The notes beneath the pieces were generated by a model. It saw only the letters and a list, made by a program, of their open reading frames with translations, was not told the origin of the DNA and did no database searches. Shown here in pieces: positions 25,525 through 39,622 of a DNA stretch of 64,000 nt. Origin of the DNA: Octopus bimaculoides (lineage: Eukaryota); assembly GCF_001194135.2 (NCBI RefSeq), contig NC_068984.1:49677009-49741008 (forward strand), given 5' to 3'. Position 1 is the stretch's first letter; each line of letters starts with the position of its first letter. The position numbers and the translations under genes are program-made.

Positions 25525-26126
25525 CTGTAAGAGAAATGTGACGGGAAAGTTATCAATTTAGATATGAAAAAACAATGATAGGAAAGCAATGGCGCATTAA
25601 CTTGAATAATGAAAGAGTAATGATTTGTAGGGATGGCAAATTGGTAACTAATCAAAGACTTTCACTCACTCACATACCCATCTCCCGTCATGCTTATTGT
25701 AGCCATCCACCCATTAATCACTACATCCATTTATTGCTCCCTTCAATGTTGGTTCGCTAGAATTCTCTTTGTGGTGCGCAGTTTTCTCCGCAACCATTGA
25801 CTAATTACTATTGTAAANNNNNNNNNNNNNNNNNNNNNNNNNNNNNNNNNNNNNNNNNNNNNNNNNNNNNNNNNNNNNNNNNNNNNNNNNNNNNNNNNNN
25901 NNNNNNNNNNNNNNNNNNNNNNNNNNNNNNNNNNNNNNNNNNNNNNNNNNNNNNNNNNNNNNNNNNNNNNNNNNNNNNNNNNNNNNNNNNNNNNNNNNNN
26001 NNNNNNNNNNNNNNNNNNNNNNNNNNNNNNNNNNNNNNNNNNNNNNNNNNNNNNNNNNNNNNNNNNNNNNNNNNNNNNNNNNNNNNNNNNNNNNNNNNNN
26101 NNNNNNNNNNNNNNNGTAGATATATA

Positions 26127-26954
26127 GAGGCACACCGCTCCCTACGTTGTTAATTGGTTCCAGGAGACACGACTTGAGTCAAATTAACTTTTTCTCTCGG
26201 CTAGGCCGAATTTACATGTCTCTAGGCTAGAACGATAGTAACCATTCCCAGTTCTATACTTTATTTATGAATGAATTTTCAATAATACATGGTTAATAAA
26301 AACCATGTGTGCTAAAATCTTGTCCTTATTATGTACAATCGTTGATACAGTTGTCCACCTCATTCCCCAAAATTGAGCAATTGCTACCACTTTTTAATCT
26401 TTTTCATGACGTTTTATCATAGCCAGTTTATTTTCCAGGCATGACGCTTAGCACTTTCGCTATGAATTTTCTTAGAATCCATGGAGGCCAAAAATAAAGT
26501 CACAAATGAATGAGAATGAGAAAACAGTCGATAAACAGACGTAAACAAATCTGAATTCAAAACAATCACGGAAATCACGAATGACAATAACAGCTAATGG
26601 TAGCTATTGGAACTGTAGTGCAATATGCTCCGAAAGACTGATAAATAAGTCAACACAGCTGATTTCATGATTTCGTTTACTAAGCCATACTACTTTATGG
26701 TGTGTGCCTTAACATTTACTGTACGTATCTTAATATGATTTTATATGCTTTTATTCTTATTTATTGTACAGTAACATGATTTTATGTACTTTTAACGGTT
26801 TTATAGTGATTTTACGATTCCAATATTTGTGGCAGACAGACGTAAAGTCGAGTAAAATGACTCAACTTGGTTTTCCTTTTTCCATATCCTATTTTTGAAA
26901 ACCGACGTATAATCGAGAATTTAAATCGAAACGACTTAAGTCGAGTTATGCCTG
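26127..26954. mobile_element. Possible pogo/Tigger-like non-autonomous element flanked by TA
   Basis: Right end cgacttaagtcgagttatgcctg|TA and left end TA|gaggcacacc...tacgttgttaattggttcc resemble Tigger-type termini. The TIR match is poor. Confidence 0.3.
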
Positions 26955-27124
26955 TATATAGATAGATATATATAGGTGTATGTGAGTGTTTTTCTGTTCA
27001 CTAAAATTTTACTTTCTTTATTACTATAATACACCTAGAATTTACAGAGTTATGTCAAAAATGAGAATAAAAAGACAGAGAAAATAAATGAAATGGGGAA
27101 AGAAATAGAAGTTATGATACAAAC

Positions 27125-27284
27125 CTTTGTATACCCATCAATGACAGTTTTACAACCGGCATAACAAGGGGAAAAATATATAGAACCACCACTACTACAT
27201 ATGGGATCATAATCTTCATTTGAACAATGACAGTCTGCATTGCACTCTGCCTTTAAGTTGCCAATAACAAACGGTGAAGAGGTT
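27125..27284 (-). CDS. SLCO4A1-like: OATP/SLCO Kazal-like extracellular domain exon: TSSPFVIGNLKAECNADCHCSNEDYDPICSSGSIYFSPCYAGCKTVIDGYTK
   Basis: Acceptor TTTTGTAG at 27286-27285, donor GTTTGT at 27124. 160 nt, phase 2 to phase 0. Cysteine spacing CNxxCxC...YxPxC...YFSPCxAGC. Not in the ORF track. Confidence 0.95.
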
Positions 27285-27926
27285 CTACAAAAGAAGCGGA
27301 AAACATTAGCAAATAAATATAAACTCTAACATATGCTCAAGACTATACACGAAAAGGTGGAGTAAAATAATTTCTCATAAATATACAAAACTATACATGA
27401 GGTGAAGGGTGATAAACTAGTTTAAATTGATTCCAGTAATTTTATGATACTTATTTCATCGACTACAGAAGGATGAACGAGAAAGTGATTTGAATTCAGA
27501 ACTTTATGGTACACACATAAACTTTGCAAAGTGTTTCATCCAACGCCTTATAGATTGACTATTATTTTAACAAATAGAAAGTTTCAGGAAAAATGTTCGA
27601 GTATTGATATTTTATGAATACTTGAGTATGTATAGACATAAAACCAATAAAACGGACATAAAACCAATAATTATACGTACGCGACAAAACTCCAGTGACA
27701 ACTGAAGATTCTAGTCAAACATCGCTATAAATGATATAATAATGATTTCTTGCACGTAAAGCTTTTGCATGCAAACTTACATAACTTAAACACCAACTGA
27801 AAGAATGTAACTAATACACATAGTATTGGTGCCAAGAGTATTTCAACTTAAAAAAAAAAAAAAGAAAAAAGTGATGCAGCGAATTTGGATTCTGCAAAGA
27901 ATCCTGTTTCTAATTTGGTCTTTATT

Positions 27927-27985
<59 letters not shown>

Positions 27986-29122
27986 AGTGGAATTCTTCGT
28001 ATACTCAAACAGATATTGCAGTATTTTGGAAATTTTTTTAGTCAAAGATGGACTGGAAAAATAAACCAGATATCAAATATTAAAGAGATAAGGGTATTAG
28101 CAATGGGCTGAACGGATTTCATATTTGTAATAGATGATAAATAAATATAAAAAAAAAAAAAAAATGAAAACCTGGAAGGCAATAACAGTGTGTAATTATT
28201 TTCATTAACAAAAGTGACTTGAAAAATGTAGCAAATATTGCGTTCAGTTTTAACGCATATCATATATATATGTTCTATTTCAAAAGTGAGTCCCTTGGTC
28301 AGCATTCAATGTAGAAACCAACGAGCAAAAACATTTAAGCTATGACCCTCTGTGACCCTCTAAGCTTAGCATATTATATATGTTCTGCTTTTTAAAAAAC
28401 AATATGGGGGGGGGCTCAATTGTGAGAAATTTGGTTGTTTTATCTAGCATAATGAGCGATAGCGTAAAACATCCTTTGGTGGTGGATGTGCTCTTAATAA
28501 GTATTACAATGAGGATTATCCCATTCTATATTGCTAAGCTCCTTAGGGCCGGTATTTAGAATCCGATGTTTGTAATGATATTCGAATGAAAGTAAATCTC
28601 TTTATCACCACCACCACCACTCCGGTGAGGTCGACGTTCTGTTACAGGAAGATTTATTTAACAAAAGCAATTGAACTCAGCCATTCAAATCATCAGGAAG
28701 ACTAGACAATGTTACCGTTATAGGTGTTGTATCAAATCGAGTACAGGATTAAGTCTGCCGTCCCACATTCCGAATGGGGGGTTACAACTACCAGCCGACC
28801 GCGATCAAAGTCAGTCGAAATGACTAATACTGTCATTGAAATAGTTCGACTCGACTCTTATCACAGTATCTTGCTTATGGATACAGTACCAGTTAGATGA
28901 CACGATAAAAAGATGGAATGGTCACGGATGGGAAGCCTTTTGTTTTCTCAAATAGAATTGAGTAGATAAAGACCAACACTTAATATGAACCAGCTTATTT
29001 TGTCAAGACCATTAGAGTAGCCTCCCTTGAATATGTATGCTCCAGACAGGCTTATGCATCTGGAAAACCAAAATTTAAATATTGGGAAAATGTGATCGAT
29101 TCTTTCTTGCAGTGCCAAATAC

Positions 29123-29158
<36 letters not shown>

Positions 29159-29959
29159 TGTGTTGTACTTAAGACGCGCTCTTTTTGAAGTGCCATAATA
29201 ATTTGTGAGGGATATAGCATGGTACATGTATTCAAAGATCTGTCGTTTATGCTTCTCACTGGTTGTGGTTTTGTCACTAAGAAACCACCAATCAGATCTG
29301 AACGGTCCAGTTTATGCCACGAAGTTAAACGATCGATTTTTGTTAACGATTCCTGATGCATCATATCAAATATCTGCCAAACCATACTGTGCATTTTCTT
29401 ATTCAGCGTTTGATTGTATCGTGCAATACAACAATCTGACAATGTCGCATACACGTTCCTGCCTTTTTATATATATATATATATATCTTCAATAAAACAA
29501 GAAACCTCAATGATAGCAGAGAGAGGAGAATGCAGAATCATTCAGAGTGTGATAGGTTTGTTCCCTGGAGAAACATCAAGGTAATGTGGTTCTCTAATTG
29601 AGAAGGAGCAGATGTCATGGATAGTTACAGGAAAAAAAAAAAAAAAGGGAAGAAATTAAACTGCTGTTGCTTAGCAACATATTAAACCGGAGCGAGCAAA
29701 CTTATGATCATACATATATCAATAGATCTGCTTTATCTTATTGTCAGTATTATCATTCAATGTAATCTTACTTTTATGGGACGGTAAAATGTGCGTAGGT
29801 GATTTGGTTGCTATTTCATACCGATCAAACGATCATATAGGGGGACTTTCATTGACTCGTAAGTATATACATATATATAACCATCTTTGTCTATATAACT
29901 GCATGCATGACACGATGACAAAATTTGAATATTAATGAATGAATGATAAACAAACTTAC

Positions 29960-30158
29960 CTGTTGACAGAGTAGGGCACATTTATACCAACAAAACTATT
30001 ATTCTGGCACCGTAGTAGAAATATTAACATTAATACAAGTAAAACTGTAGAAAGACCTAAACACATCCGTATAATTCCTCGTACTTTAAGCTTTAACATT
30101 CGGACTAAGACACCACCAAGAAATGTCCCACCGCCTCCTGCTGGAACTAGAGCGTAGC
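29960..30158 (-). CDS. SLCO4A1-like: OATP/SLCO exon: YALVPAGGGGTFLGGVLVRMLKLKVRGIIRMC...INVPYSVN(R)
   Basis: Acceptor TTTTGTAG at 30160-30159, donor GTAAGT at 29959. 199 nt, phase 1 to phase 2. VPAGGGGTFLGG is characteristic of SLCO4A1. Confidence 0.95.
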
Positions 30159-30559
30159 CTACAAAAGGTAGAAAGAGAGGAGAGATATAGTTATAAAATC
30201 TTATTACACACACATTATATATGCAGGGAATTCCGCCTTTATCCCACAGCTATAAATTTCGACCTTTAGATGATACTTGAAGTAATCACCTGAAGAGCCA
30301 TGTAAAGACGAAACTAACACATACGATATAAAAATGGGAAATCTACTTATGGATATTATACACATACACACACTATGTGTGTGTGTATAATATGTATCTA
30401 AGAAGAGAGACAGAGAAATTGATGTTCGCGCACCTATTCCATTAATGGTGGCAAATTTTTTAAAAGAGATGACGTGAGAGCAAAGAAGGGGTAAAGAGAG
30501 AGAGAGAAAGAAGCGCCGTCAGAAAACAAGAGAGAAATAGAAAATAAGAAACAGAAAAT

Positions 30560-30594
<35 letters not shown>

Positions 30595-30624
30595 GAGACA
30601 AGGTGAAAATACATATAGACTTAC

Positions 30625-30714
30625 CGACATATACAGCAGATACTGATGCTGACAGACTGAACTGGGACTCTATAAATTTAGGAGCGAATGTAGCAAACCC
30701 ACTGAGTATAATAC
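30625..30714 (-). CDS. SLCO4A1-like: OATP/SLCO exon: IILSGFATFAPKFIESQFSLSASVSAVYV(G)
   Basis: Acceptor TTCCTAG at 30716-30715, donor GTAAGT at 30624. 90 nt, phase 1 to phase 1. PKFIESQFSLSAS matches the SLCO4-type motif as I recall it. Confidence 0.95.
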
Positions 30715-30876
30715 CTAGGAAGAAGTAGAATCGCAAAAAAAAAAAAAAGAGAGAAATCAATAATAATCATAGAGCAGAATGTTAATATATTCAACAAGTA
30801 AAAAAAAAAACGAAGACCGTAAGAATATCAACAAAGTAAACCGCAGGATCCACATCAACGATTAATGAGTATAAAC

Positions 30877-31012
30877 GGTGGACAGTTCTTATCTGTCCGA
30901 AGAAGGGGGCTGTTCAACACTAGGGTGAACTGTTCCTATCTGTCCGAAGAAGGGGGCTGTTCAACACTAGGGTGAACAGTTCCTCTCTGTCCAATGAAGG
31001 GGACTGCTCAAC
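30877..31012. repeat. 47-bp tandem repeat, about 2.8 copies
   Basis: atctgtccgaagaagggggctgttcaacactagggtgaac recurs at 30891 and 30938, with a partial third copy. Confidence 0.85.
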
Positions 31013-31884
31013 GTGAAAATTAGTTGGCGACTCTAGCGGGTCGAGAGACCATTAAAGACTCTCTCATTATTGAGTTTCTGTTACAAATATTTGGACAGGC
31101 TCTCCGGTTTGAGAATAATCTTTCTTCCCACCAATTTCGGAGGCTCTGAGTAAAATAAAGGGTCGTGGGTGGCTCACTTATGTCTTTGACTAAGCAGCAA
31201 ATATAAATAAATAGATAAAACAGGTTAATATACTTAAACTATTCTATTGATTAACTGTTGTCGACAGAGACTATCACCATTTTCGTCATCATCTGTATTT
31301 TATTTTATTGCTTTGCTTCTTTTCTGTTACGCATTCCTCACAGGTAACCATTTATGTACTGCTTCACACACATGCACTGCTTTACTTTTCCTCTTCCTCC
31401 ACCTCATCTGTCTATCACACAGTTACTCAATAGTAATTTCTGCCGTGGGAAGAGAAATTGTTGATCGAACTAGCTTATACTTTAGTAACCATGGCATGAA
31501 TACCATGCAAGGTGTGAGTATGTGTATGTAAACTGATGTGGCTGTATGCTTCGTTGTACATGTGTATGACTGTGTGCTTGTGGTTAGTTCATTACGTCTA
31601 CGAGTAAATGTGTGCAGGTGCGTATGTATGCTGGCCTGTGTATGTGTATACATGTATGTGCTTCCCTTTATTGTCTCCAGTGAATAAATAAATTAGAGCT
31701 TGTAATTGTATAAAGGTGTAGATGAAATTATTTCGGACAATACTTTTAAAGGAAATTGGATTAAAAGGCTCCTTCGAGGTTCATCCTCTAAGCTGACGCT
31801 CTCTACACATACTCACACATGATATGCATGAGTTGGCTAATCTGCTACAAGTATTCACACTGGATCTCCGTTCTAAAGATAACT

Positions 31885-31956
31885 CAATATCTTGATGTAC
31901 TGTTTCCTATTACAACGATCCAATATCTTGATGTACTGTTTCCTATTGCAACAATC
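31885..31956. repeat. 36-bp tandem duplication
   Basis: caatatcttgatgtactgtttcctatt at 31885 and 31921. Confidence 0.85.
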
Positions 31957-32423
31957 CACATATTACTATTTCTTTCTCCCTGCCACTCCAACTGTCTTAG
32001 AGACAATGCACAAAATTTTCGGATACAGACTGTCTTTCTCTGACTTAGATTAAAAAAAAAATTAAAAAACTGAATTTAATTATATTAAACAATGGAATAT
32101 TATATAGTCCAAAAAGCGACTAGAGAGAGAGAGAGAGAGGCTGGACCCCATGACCAAAATTATCAATATTTATTTAGTTAACTATAGTTTCATTGTGTAA
32201 AATAGAGTGACATCAGTTTGTTGTAGTTGTAGTAGATGGAGTAATGGTGTCGTTTGATAAGAGCTATAGTTGTAATAGTTACGAAGTTAAATATTTGTAG
32301 TCGACATCCTGGTATACGAATACCGAAGCTTTCACTCCCAACGACGGTGTGAGTAATTGCTGCTGTTGACATTAGTACAGCATGTCTCTCGCTTCCTTGG
32401 GAGTTACGAACATACGCCGCCGC

Positions 32424-32895
32424 TTCAATAGTGGACACACGCCGCCCCTCCAGTGGCGGACGCACGCAGCCGCTCCAGTGGCGGACGCACGCAGCCGCTC
32501 CAGGGGAGGACGCACGCAGCCGTTCCAATGGAGGTCACATGCAGCCACTCCAATGGAGGACACACGCAGCCACTCTAATGGAGGACCCACGCAGCCGCTC
32601 CAGTGGNNNNNNNNNNNNNNNNNNNNNNNNNNNNNNNNNNNNNNNNNNNNNNNNNNNNNNNNNNNNNNNNNNNNNNNNNNNNNNNNNNNNNNNNNNNNNN
32701 NNNNNNNNNNNNNNNNNNNNNNNNNNNNNNNNNNNNNNNNNNNNNNNNNNNNNNNNNNNNNNNNNNNNNNNNNNNNNNNNNNNNNNNNTCCAGTGGAGGA
32801 CACACGCAGCCGATCCAGTGGAGGACACACGCAGCCGATCCAGTGGAGGACACACGCAGCCGCTCCAGTGGAGGACACACGCAGCCGCTCCAATG
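32424..32895. repeat. GC-rich 25-bp minisatellite spanning a gap
   Basis: Unit tccagtggaggacacacgcagccg(a/c) occurs on both sides of the N gap at 32607-32788. It accounts for the six overlapping ORFs in the track. Confidence 0.92.
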
Positions 32896-34356
32896 GCAGT
32901 TGCGAATAAATTTTCTCGTTCTTGCGACAGATGCGAGTAACTGTCACTCTCTTTGAAGTAGTTGTGAATAATCGCTTTAATTCTTGTCTAATTGCTCTTA
33001 TTTATGTAGCAGCCGTGAATAATCGCTGTGGTTGCGATCACTAGCACTTCTTGCTGTCATCGTTCATACAAATGAACAGTTTGTGTCGGCTCAAAAACAT
33101 TTGGAAATAGTTCATTGATCTCATAGAAAGCTCGGAATATTCGGTCCGTAACTATTGTGAAAGGTTCACCAAACCCATTCACAAAGCTTTGGTTGACCCG
33201 GAGCTACAATACTTGCCTGAGGTGCCACACAGTAGGACCGAACCCGAAACCACGTAAATTGGAAGCAAATTTCTGAGTTACGCCTCCATGCCTGAGTACA
33301 CACACATTTTCTCAAACGGAACTCAAAACGTATGACATTTAATGGTTTTATAGCGATATTATATAACAGTTGTTGTAAAGATCAAGTAAGAACTTTTAAA
33401 ATAGATGCTATGAATAGTTACAAGATCATTTGATTTGCAGTTAAGGGCAAATGAAGTTCTGGAACTATGGCTTCTCCGAAAATATCACAAAAAAATGTAC
33501 TGAAAATACATTGATTACAACCGTGTTTCGAATACTTGCCTTTATCGGTTCCTCACTAGTCAACCGCTACTAAATGTTTCTTGTTAAAAATCCTTAAAAA
33601 CCTACTCTTAAATTAATTATAAGGTTATAAATTTATATGTAATTGAATTACGTTATACATTTTCTTTTAATGATATTAATCACTTAAATGAAATCAAATG
33701 GTTACAGCAGGAGAACGAAACTAGTTTGGGATTGCTTCATTTCGCTGAAAGTTTTTATTCCAGAATTTAACTATATTTATTTTGTGATTCGGAGACACTT
33801 GTATTTATATGCCAGTATACGCTATTAATGCTTTTCTCAATGGTATTAATTGACAGCGAGTATTATGAAAGCGTAATAATGTGACACAAAATTTTGGTCA
33901 CAGAATAAAAGCCATCCCATTGCACTCGGTTTAACAATGTTCTGAAATTGATTTTGTCTTAGTTTTATGTGTACACAAACTACTGTCCAGTATATCTTTT
34001 CCTAACTTAAAGCCGTGGTTTGTGATCTGATGAAAATTTGGCTACTATTTCTTGCAGATCGTACGACCACGCAGGAACCTTTGTTCGAAACCTAAGCCTG
34101 TCGATTTACACTGACATCACTCTACTTCCTAAGACAATGAATGACAACGGAATTCAACTCTCTCCCTCTGTCTCTCTCATACATGCGTGCTTTCTGTTTC
34201 ATTCTTCAGAGAGGTAGTTGGTTCGAGTTATGACTTCAGGAGAGATAAGGTCAACCTCATTATAGTAGGAATATGGCCTTCGTCAAAAATCAAGAATCCT
34301 AAATCTGATAAGGAGGGATTGAAAAGAGAAAAAATAAAACGAATAAAGCTACTTAC

Positions 34357-34548
34357 TTTCACAGGCAGCTGATAAATTTAAAAACATGAAGGTCGGATTT
34401 GACGTAAGTATTTTTAACGAGCTCAAAATGGCCTTCCAACCCATCTTCAAATTTGGAGGATCAGTGGAAGTATTGTTTGGTGACCATTCTTCGTTGCTCT
34501 TCTGATGATAAACCTCAGCTTCCCGTTCTGTCCGATATTTGGTAGCAC
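34357..34548 (-). CDS. SLCO4A1-like: OATP/SLCO exon: ATKYRTEREAEVYHQ...LKILTSNPTFMFLNLSAACE(S)
   Basis: Acceptor TCTTCAG at 34550-34549, donor GTAAGT at 34356. 192 nt, phase 1 to phase 1. This is the 3' part of ORF 34349..35035; the NPTF motif is typical of OATPs. Confidence 0.93.
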
Positions 34549-35472
34549 CTGAAGATAGAACGGTAACTTTTGTAAGAACTATCGGCAATGTATTGACACT
34601 TGGACAAAGATAATGCATAAGAATGTTCAATTGTGTGCTTGTGTGAGCATACGAGTGTGTACTTAGGTGTATACAGAGATGAACATTTATTAATAAACTG
34701 AAAATTGTACACGTATTTTTGGGTGTACATACGCCTCTGTGTGCATTTTGTGCGTGACGCGCGTGTGTGCATGTGTGAGTGGTCATGGAGGTGCGAGTGC
34801 ACTCGGTCCCAAATGTGTGTGAGAGCGTGTGTGTGGGAACGTGTATTTGAAGCAATAAGTCTGCCCTTCTCCACGCCACTAATGTTGTCTGAAGAAAAAC
34901 CAAATGTAAATATACCTTGGCAGCAGCGCTGTTGAAGGCGAAGTCAGAAACAGAAGAGCTGGAACAAATATCACAAGGCATTCTGTCCAATGCTATTGGA
35001 ATTCTATCAATCCATTGCCGTGGACTGGTGTACAATGTGTGTATGTGTGCACGCGCGCTTTATTATATGGTATTAAGGTGGTAACAGAATCGTTAGCATA
35101 CCGAAAAGAATGCTTCACGGCATTTCTTTCGGCTTTAGTTCCGATATCAAATTCCGCCGGGGTTGATTTTGCCTTCCATCTTTCGGGATCGATAGAAGAA
35201 GTACCTGTTAAGCACTAGGTTGATGTCATCGACTATCCTCACCACACACACATACAAAAAATGTTCAGGCTTTTTTCCTATAGCAGAAAGGCGACTACAA
35301 CAGATTTTATATGTATTGTCTGAACGTTTGCCATAGGAAGCTTTTTCAAAGTAAGTTCATTTACTGGGTGAAAAATATTAATAAAGTTGTAAAACAACAG
35401 ATTTATCTCCGTCACAACCTCCAGCCTTCTACAAAAAGGAACAGCCCAAACTATATANNNNNNNNNNNNNNN

Positions 35473-35503
<31 letters not shown>

Positions 35504-36369
35504 AGAACTGCTTCAAAAACCAAAACACTTCCTCACTGATGACGGTCGGTATTATCAGAAAACAACGAAACTCACGCAAAACTGATTTGCATTTTAAAAT
35601 GTATTTTGCATGCATATCCATATATGTATATTACATTATTGTGGTTGTGCATTATGCACAAGAGACATGTTATTGTCAAAGTAAGCGATATATTGAAAGA
35701 TGCTGAGAAATAATTATATACACATACTGGTAAGAAACGCAATTAAATGAAACAAAATGCTCAAAATTCTTAGAGTGGAATAATATATTTATTAAATGGA
35801 GAATGTGTAAAAGGCAGCTGGAGTTCGAGTAGCAACTCACAGATAGTTTTCAATAAATAAATAAAATAAAATAAAATAAAATAAAATGTGTCATTCATTT
35901 TTGAATCAAATCAATTTATTACTGGTACTTAATTCTTATGAATCACAGACATGCAGATGAAAAGCAAAAAGCTATTAAGTGCCTGTAACCCCTATACCTC
36001 TAGGATGTAAATATGTAACAATACGTTTAGTCAGGCATTGTACTGTGAGTTAGTTCTCCTTTACATTTGAAGTCGGTATCGGTACTGGGATGTGAGTTAG
36101 GCTATGCTGGTTGTGTGGTGGGGGTGAGTTGGTTGGTTAGTCACTTCTGACTAGAACAATGCATCACATTTTTGGAAGGAGTAAAACGGACAGTTTTAAG
36201 AGGTTCATATCTATCTCAAGGGTGATAATAGCAAAATGGAATGAAATAGCTTTAACCAAAATCCCATTAAGAGCTTAGCTCGCAGAATGTTTACCTAGTT
36301 ATCAGACACTCAACAAATATATGAGGTTATGTTAATGCACATGTAAAAATGTATTTATTAGTATAACTA

Positions 36370-36569
36370 TTCTTTAACTTCTTTCAGTCATCTGACTGCG
36401 CCCATGCTGGAGCACCACCTTTAGTCGAACAAATCAACCCCAGGACTTATTCTCCGTAAGCCTAGTACTTATTCTACCGGTATCTTTAGCTGAACCGTTA
36501 AGTTACGGGGACGTAAACACACCACCATCGGTTGTCAAGTGAAGGTAGGGATACAAAGAGACACAAATG

Positions 36570-36632
<63 letters not shown>

Positions 36633-36658
36633 TATATATATATATATANNNNNNNNNN

Positions 36659-36699
<41 letters not shown>

Positions 36700-36860
36700 T
36701 ATATATATATATATATATATGTATTATATATATATATATACGACGGACTTCTTTCAGTTTCCGTCTACCAAATCCACTCACAAGGCTTTGGTCGGCCCGA
36801 GGCTATAGAAGATACTTTCCCAAGGTGCCATGCAGTGGGACTGAACCCAGAACCGTGATG
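36370..36860 (-). mobile_element. SINE family A copy with an expanded internal (CA)n/(TA)n tract
   Basis: 3' part (catgctggagcaccacctttagtcgaac...cggttgtcaag) and 5' part (cgacggacttctttcag...gactgaacccagaacc) are separated by microsatellite at about 36570-36740. Confidence 0.8.
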
Positions 36861-39582
36861 CAACTTTATATTTTTAATCTTATTCTTTTGTTGGTTTCGA
36901 TCATGGACTGCAACCACGCTGAGGCACCTCACTAAAGGATGAAGGGCAAAATTAACCTAGGAGAGATTTGAGCTCGAAACATAAAGAGAGGTAACTAAAT
37001 ACGCAAAGCGTTTTTACCGACTACCCACCAAAATTCTGCCAATCAAATGCCCTATATAAATAATACGAAAACGTCACTGAAAATAGTGTGTATCATTTTA
37101 CTACCAAAGATGAAAGGCCTGGACGTGTGCTTAAGAAGTTCTCTTTGCAACCAAGGACTTTTGGATTCAGTTTTACTGTGCGTACCTCGGGTGTCTTTCA
37201 CTATAGCCCAAGGCCGACTAATGCCTAGTGAATGAATTTTATGGACGGAAACTGGGTGGAATCTCATCGCCGTGTACGTGTGTGTGTGTATGTGCACTAC
37301 TCTTCGTTGCTATGTTCGTGAACAGGTTCAAAACATAGACTATGGCAAGTTGTCTGTACAAGCCTCCGCACGCACGCACGCACACGTACGTACACGCGCA
37401 CACAGTGCTTAGTCGCACATATATGCACACGAACAGATGTACACACACACATGCGCACTATTAACCCGCCTTAAGCATACACACAGGCCATTATGTCATA
37501 CATCGACCTTGCCTCCTGATTCCATTAGACACACCTATGATGCTCCTACCCTATTATGTTGCAATGTGCTCATGTATATTCGCAGATTCAGGCATGTACA
37601 TAGTAAACTATCGAAATGCAATGCGCAAGCCAATAAAATACGGCATAATTTCAGATCTACTTAATCTACAGTGTGTTCATGTAGATGTTGTGCGACATCT
37701 GTCCATTACTTAATAAACAAGAAGAATTAGAGATCTTTTGTTCAAGCGTCGTATGTGGGAATGTCGCTTCCACGTGTTCTCATTAACACCGCCTGAGCAA
37801 CAAACGGTATCTTTATATATATTCCCCAGTGAGGAAAAGACCCGTAATTTAACAATCTTTGTCGCTTTCGACGTGAGAAGACTAGAGAAATGAAAATACC
37901 TTAGTTAGAAAACAGGAAACGGTGTAGCCTATACCAGCTTGGAAAAACAAAAATGATGGCAATTATGACGATACATTCTATGAGATTACAACAAGGAGTC
38001 AGCATCTTCATATTTGATACGTACTCTCTTTTTCTACCATCCTTCATCCGTCGCTCGGTCTAATACCACCATCTGGTTCTTGGCAATATGGACAAGGTTT
38101 CCGGTTTGCGGACAACTTCTTCCTTTTTATCAACAATTACCGAGGCCCAGAAACAGTGAAGGGTTATAGGTGCGGGTGCTAGTTTCTTTTCTCTGATGAA
38201 ATAGGAGTAAAAAAAAAAAAAAATCGTTCTTTTTCTCTCTCCCCCACCCATCTCTTTCTCAAGTAGTAGATACGTATTCGTATGTATTCGTTCAATTCCC
38301 AAATTAAGTAATAACGGATTTTTTGTTTGTTTGTTTCAGAAACCTTGTGAAAATTTAATGAATGGATGAAACAGTAGTAGGTAAGGATATTCACCAAATA
38401 AATTAGCTGCAGTAAAGCTGGAAAAAGACCAGATTTGTAAGGCATTTTGTGTTGGCGCAGTGCGTCGTTCACTTTCCTGAGAACCTGTTTGCATTCGCAA
38501 TATTCAAATTAGCAAGACGCCGTACTAACGAGATGGGATGGGGAGGAGTATGTGATTTCTCGATATGTAAAAGATAATAGCCAACTCTCTCTCAGACCAG
38601 GCAATACTAGCTTTAAGAATGAAAGGACATTAATGTTGTACTGGGTATATATATTATCTCGGGAAAATGGAGGTCAAATGAACAGATCTGAACGATGAGA
38701 AATACTAGTTTTCTACTTCGTCGGTGGTTTATAATGTTGATCATGATGATTATAGTGGTGATAGTAATGGTGGTGGTGAAGACGACGACAGCGGTGATGA
38801 AAGTGGTAGTAATGTTTATAATGATAGAGATACTGATGAAGATGGCAGTTAGATTATAGGGTTTTTCTAAGATCGGCAGTGGTATTGTTTATGCTACTGC
38901 TGCTACTGATAGTGGTAGCGCTGGTATATTCTAAACAGGCTGGTTCTTGTTTAAAAATATTAAGACAAACAGTTCAGTTAAACGTTAGGTGGTGTTGCCA
39001 GTGGAGTCAGCAATACAATACAACAATTGTTAATGATCTTACAGCAAACACCAACAATGTCATCATCAAACTATTTCTTCTCCCAATACTTTTATCAGCA
39101 TTACTACGGCCACCATCTATGATCTAACGAGCGAAACTATGTGATTGTGTGACTTGCTAGATAGAAATAGTAGCAAATTCCCTCAGCTAATTACCTATCG
39201 TTTTAAAAATCAAAATGAAAAGACACTTTGATTAATATAAGTCATAGAAATACTGTCTGGTAATGACGAAATGATCGTGGCTGGAACCTCCTGTCTGCTT
39301 GTTGTAACCACCATCGCTTAAGTTAGTCTACGACTTAATGAGTATTTATGTGATTGTGTAAACCGCAAGAACTAGCAGTAGCTTCCTCAGACCATGTCAT
39401 ATTTAAAAAAAAAAAAGAATGGAAAGATGCCTTGAATAATGTAGTCCTACAGATACAGTCTACTAACGACAAGATGATCATGAGTGGAACGCCTTTGATC
39501 AGGGGTCTGCTTGACCAATCAATAATGACCGAGAGCTAAATAACAATGACATAACATTAAATCAGGCTACTACCTTCTTCTT

Positions 39583-39622
<40 letters not shown>

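Noticed and set aside
28948-29454. 168-aa minus-strand ORF with a faint Gypsy RT look (VTKP..R.I.D..LN; RIDHIF...FS...LSGAY)
   Set aside because: It reads through a (CA)n tract and has no YxDD motif; the similarity is too weak without a profile search.
34549-35035. Upstream part of the 228-aa ORF 34349..35035 as extra coding sequence or a cassette exon
   Set aside because: A strong acceptor at 34549 and OATP homology start at 34548. The upstream part is CA-repeat-rich. The GT at about 34914 would need phase 1, and that frame has a stop.
38060-38302. 80-aa minus-strand ORF as an additional SLCO exon
   Set aside because: No OATP similarity, and the flanking exons already join in frame with continuous homology.
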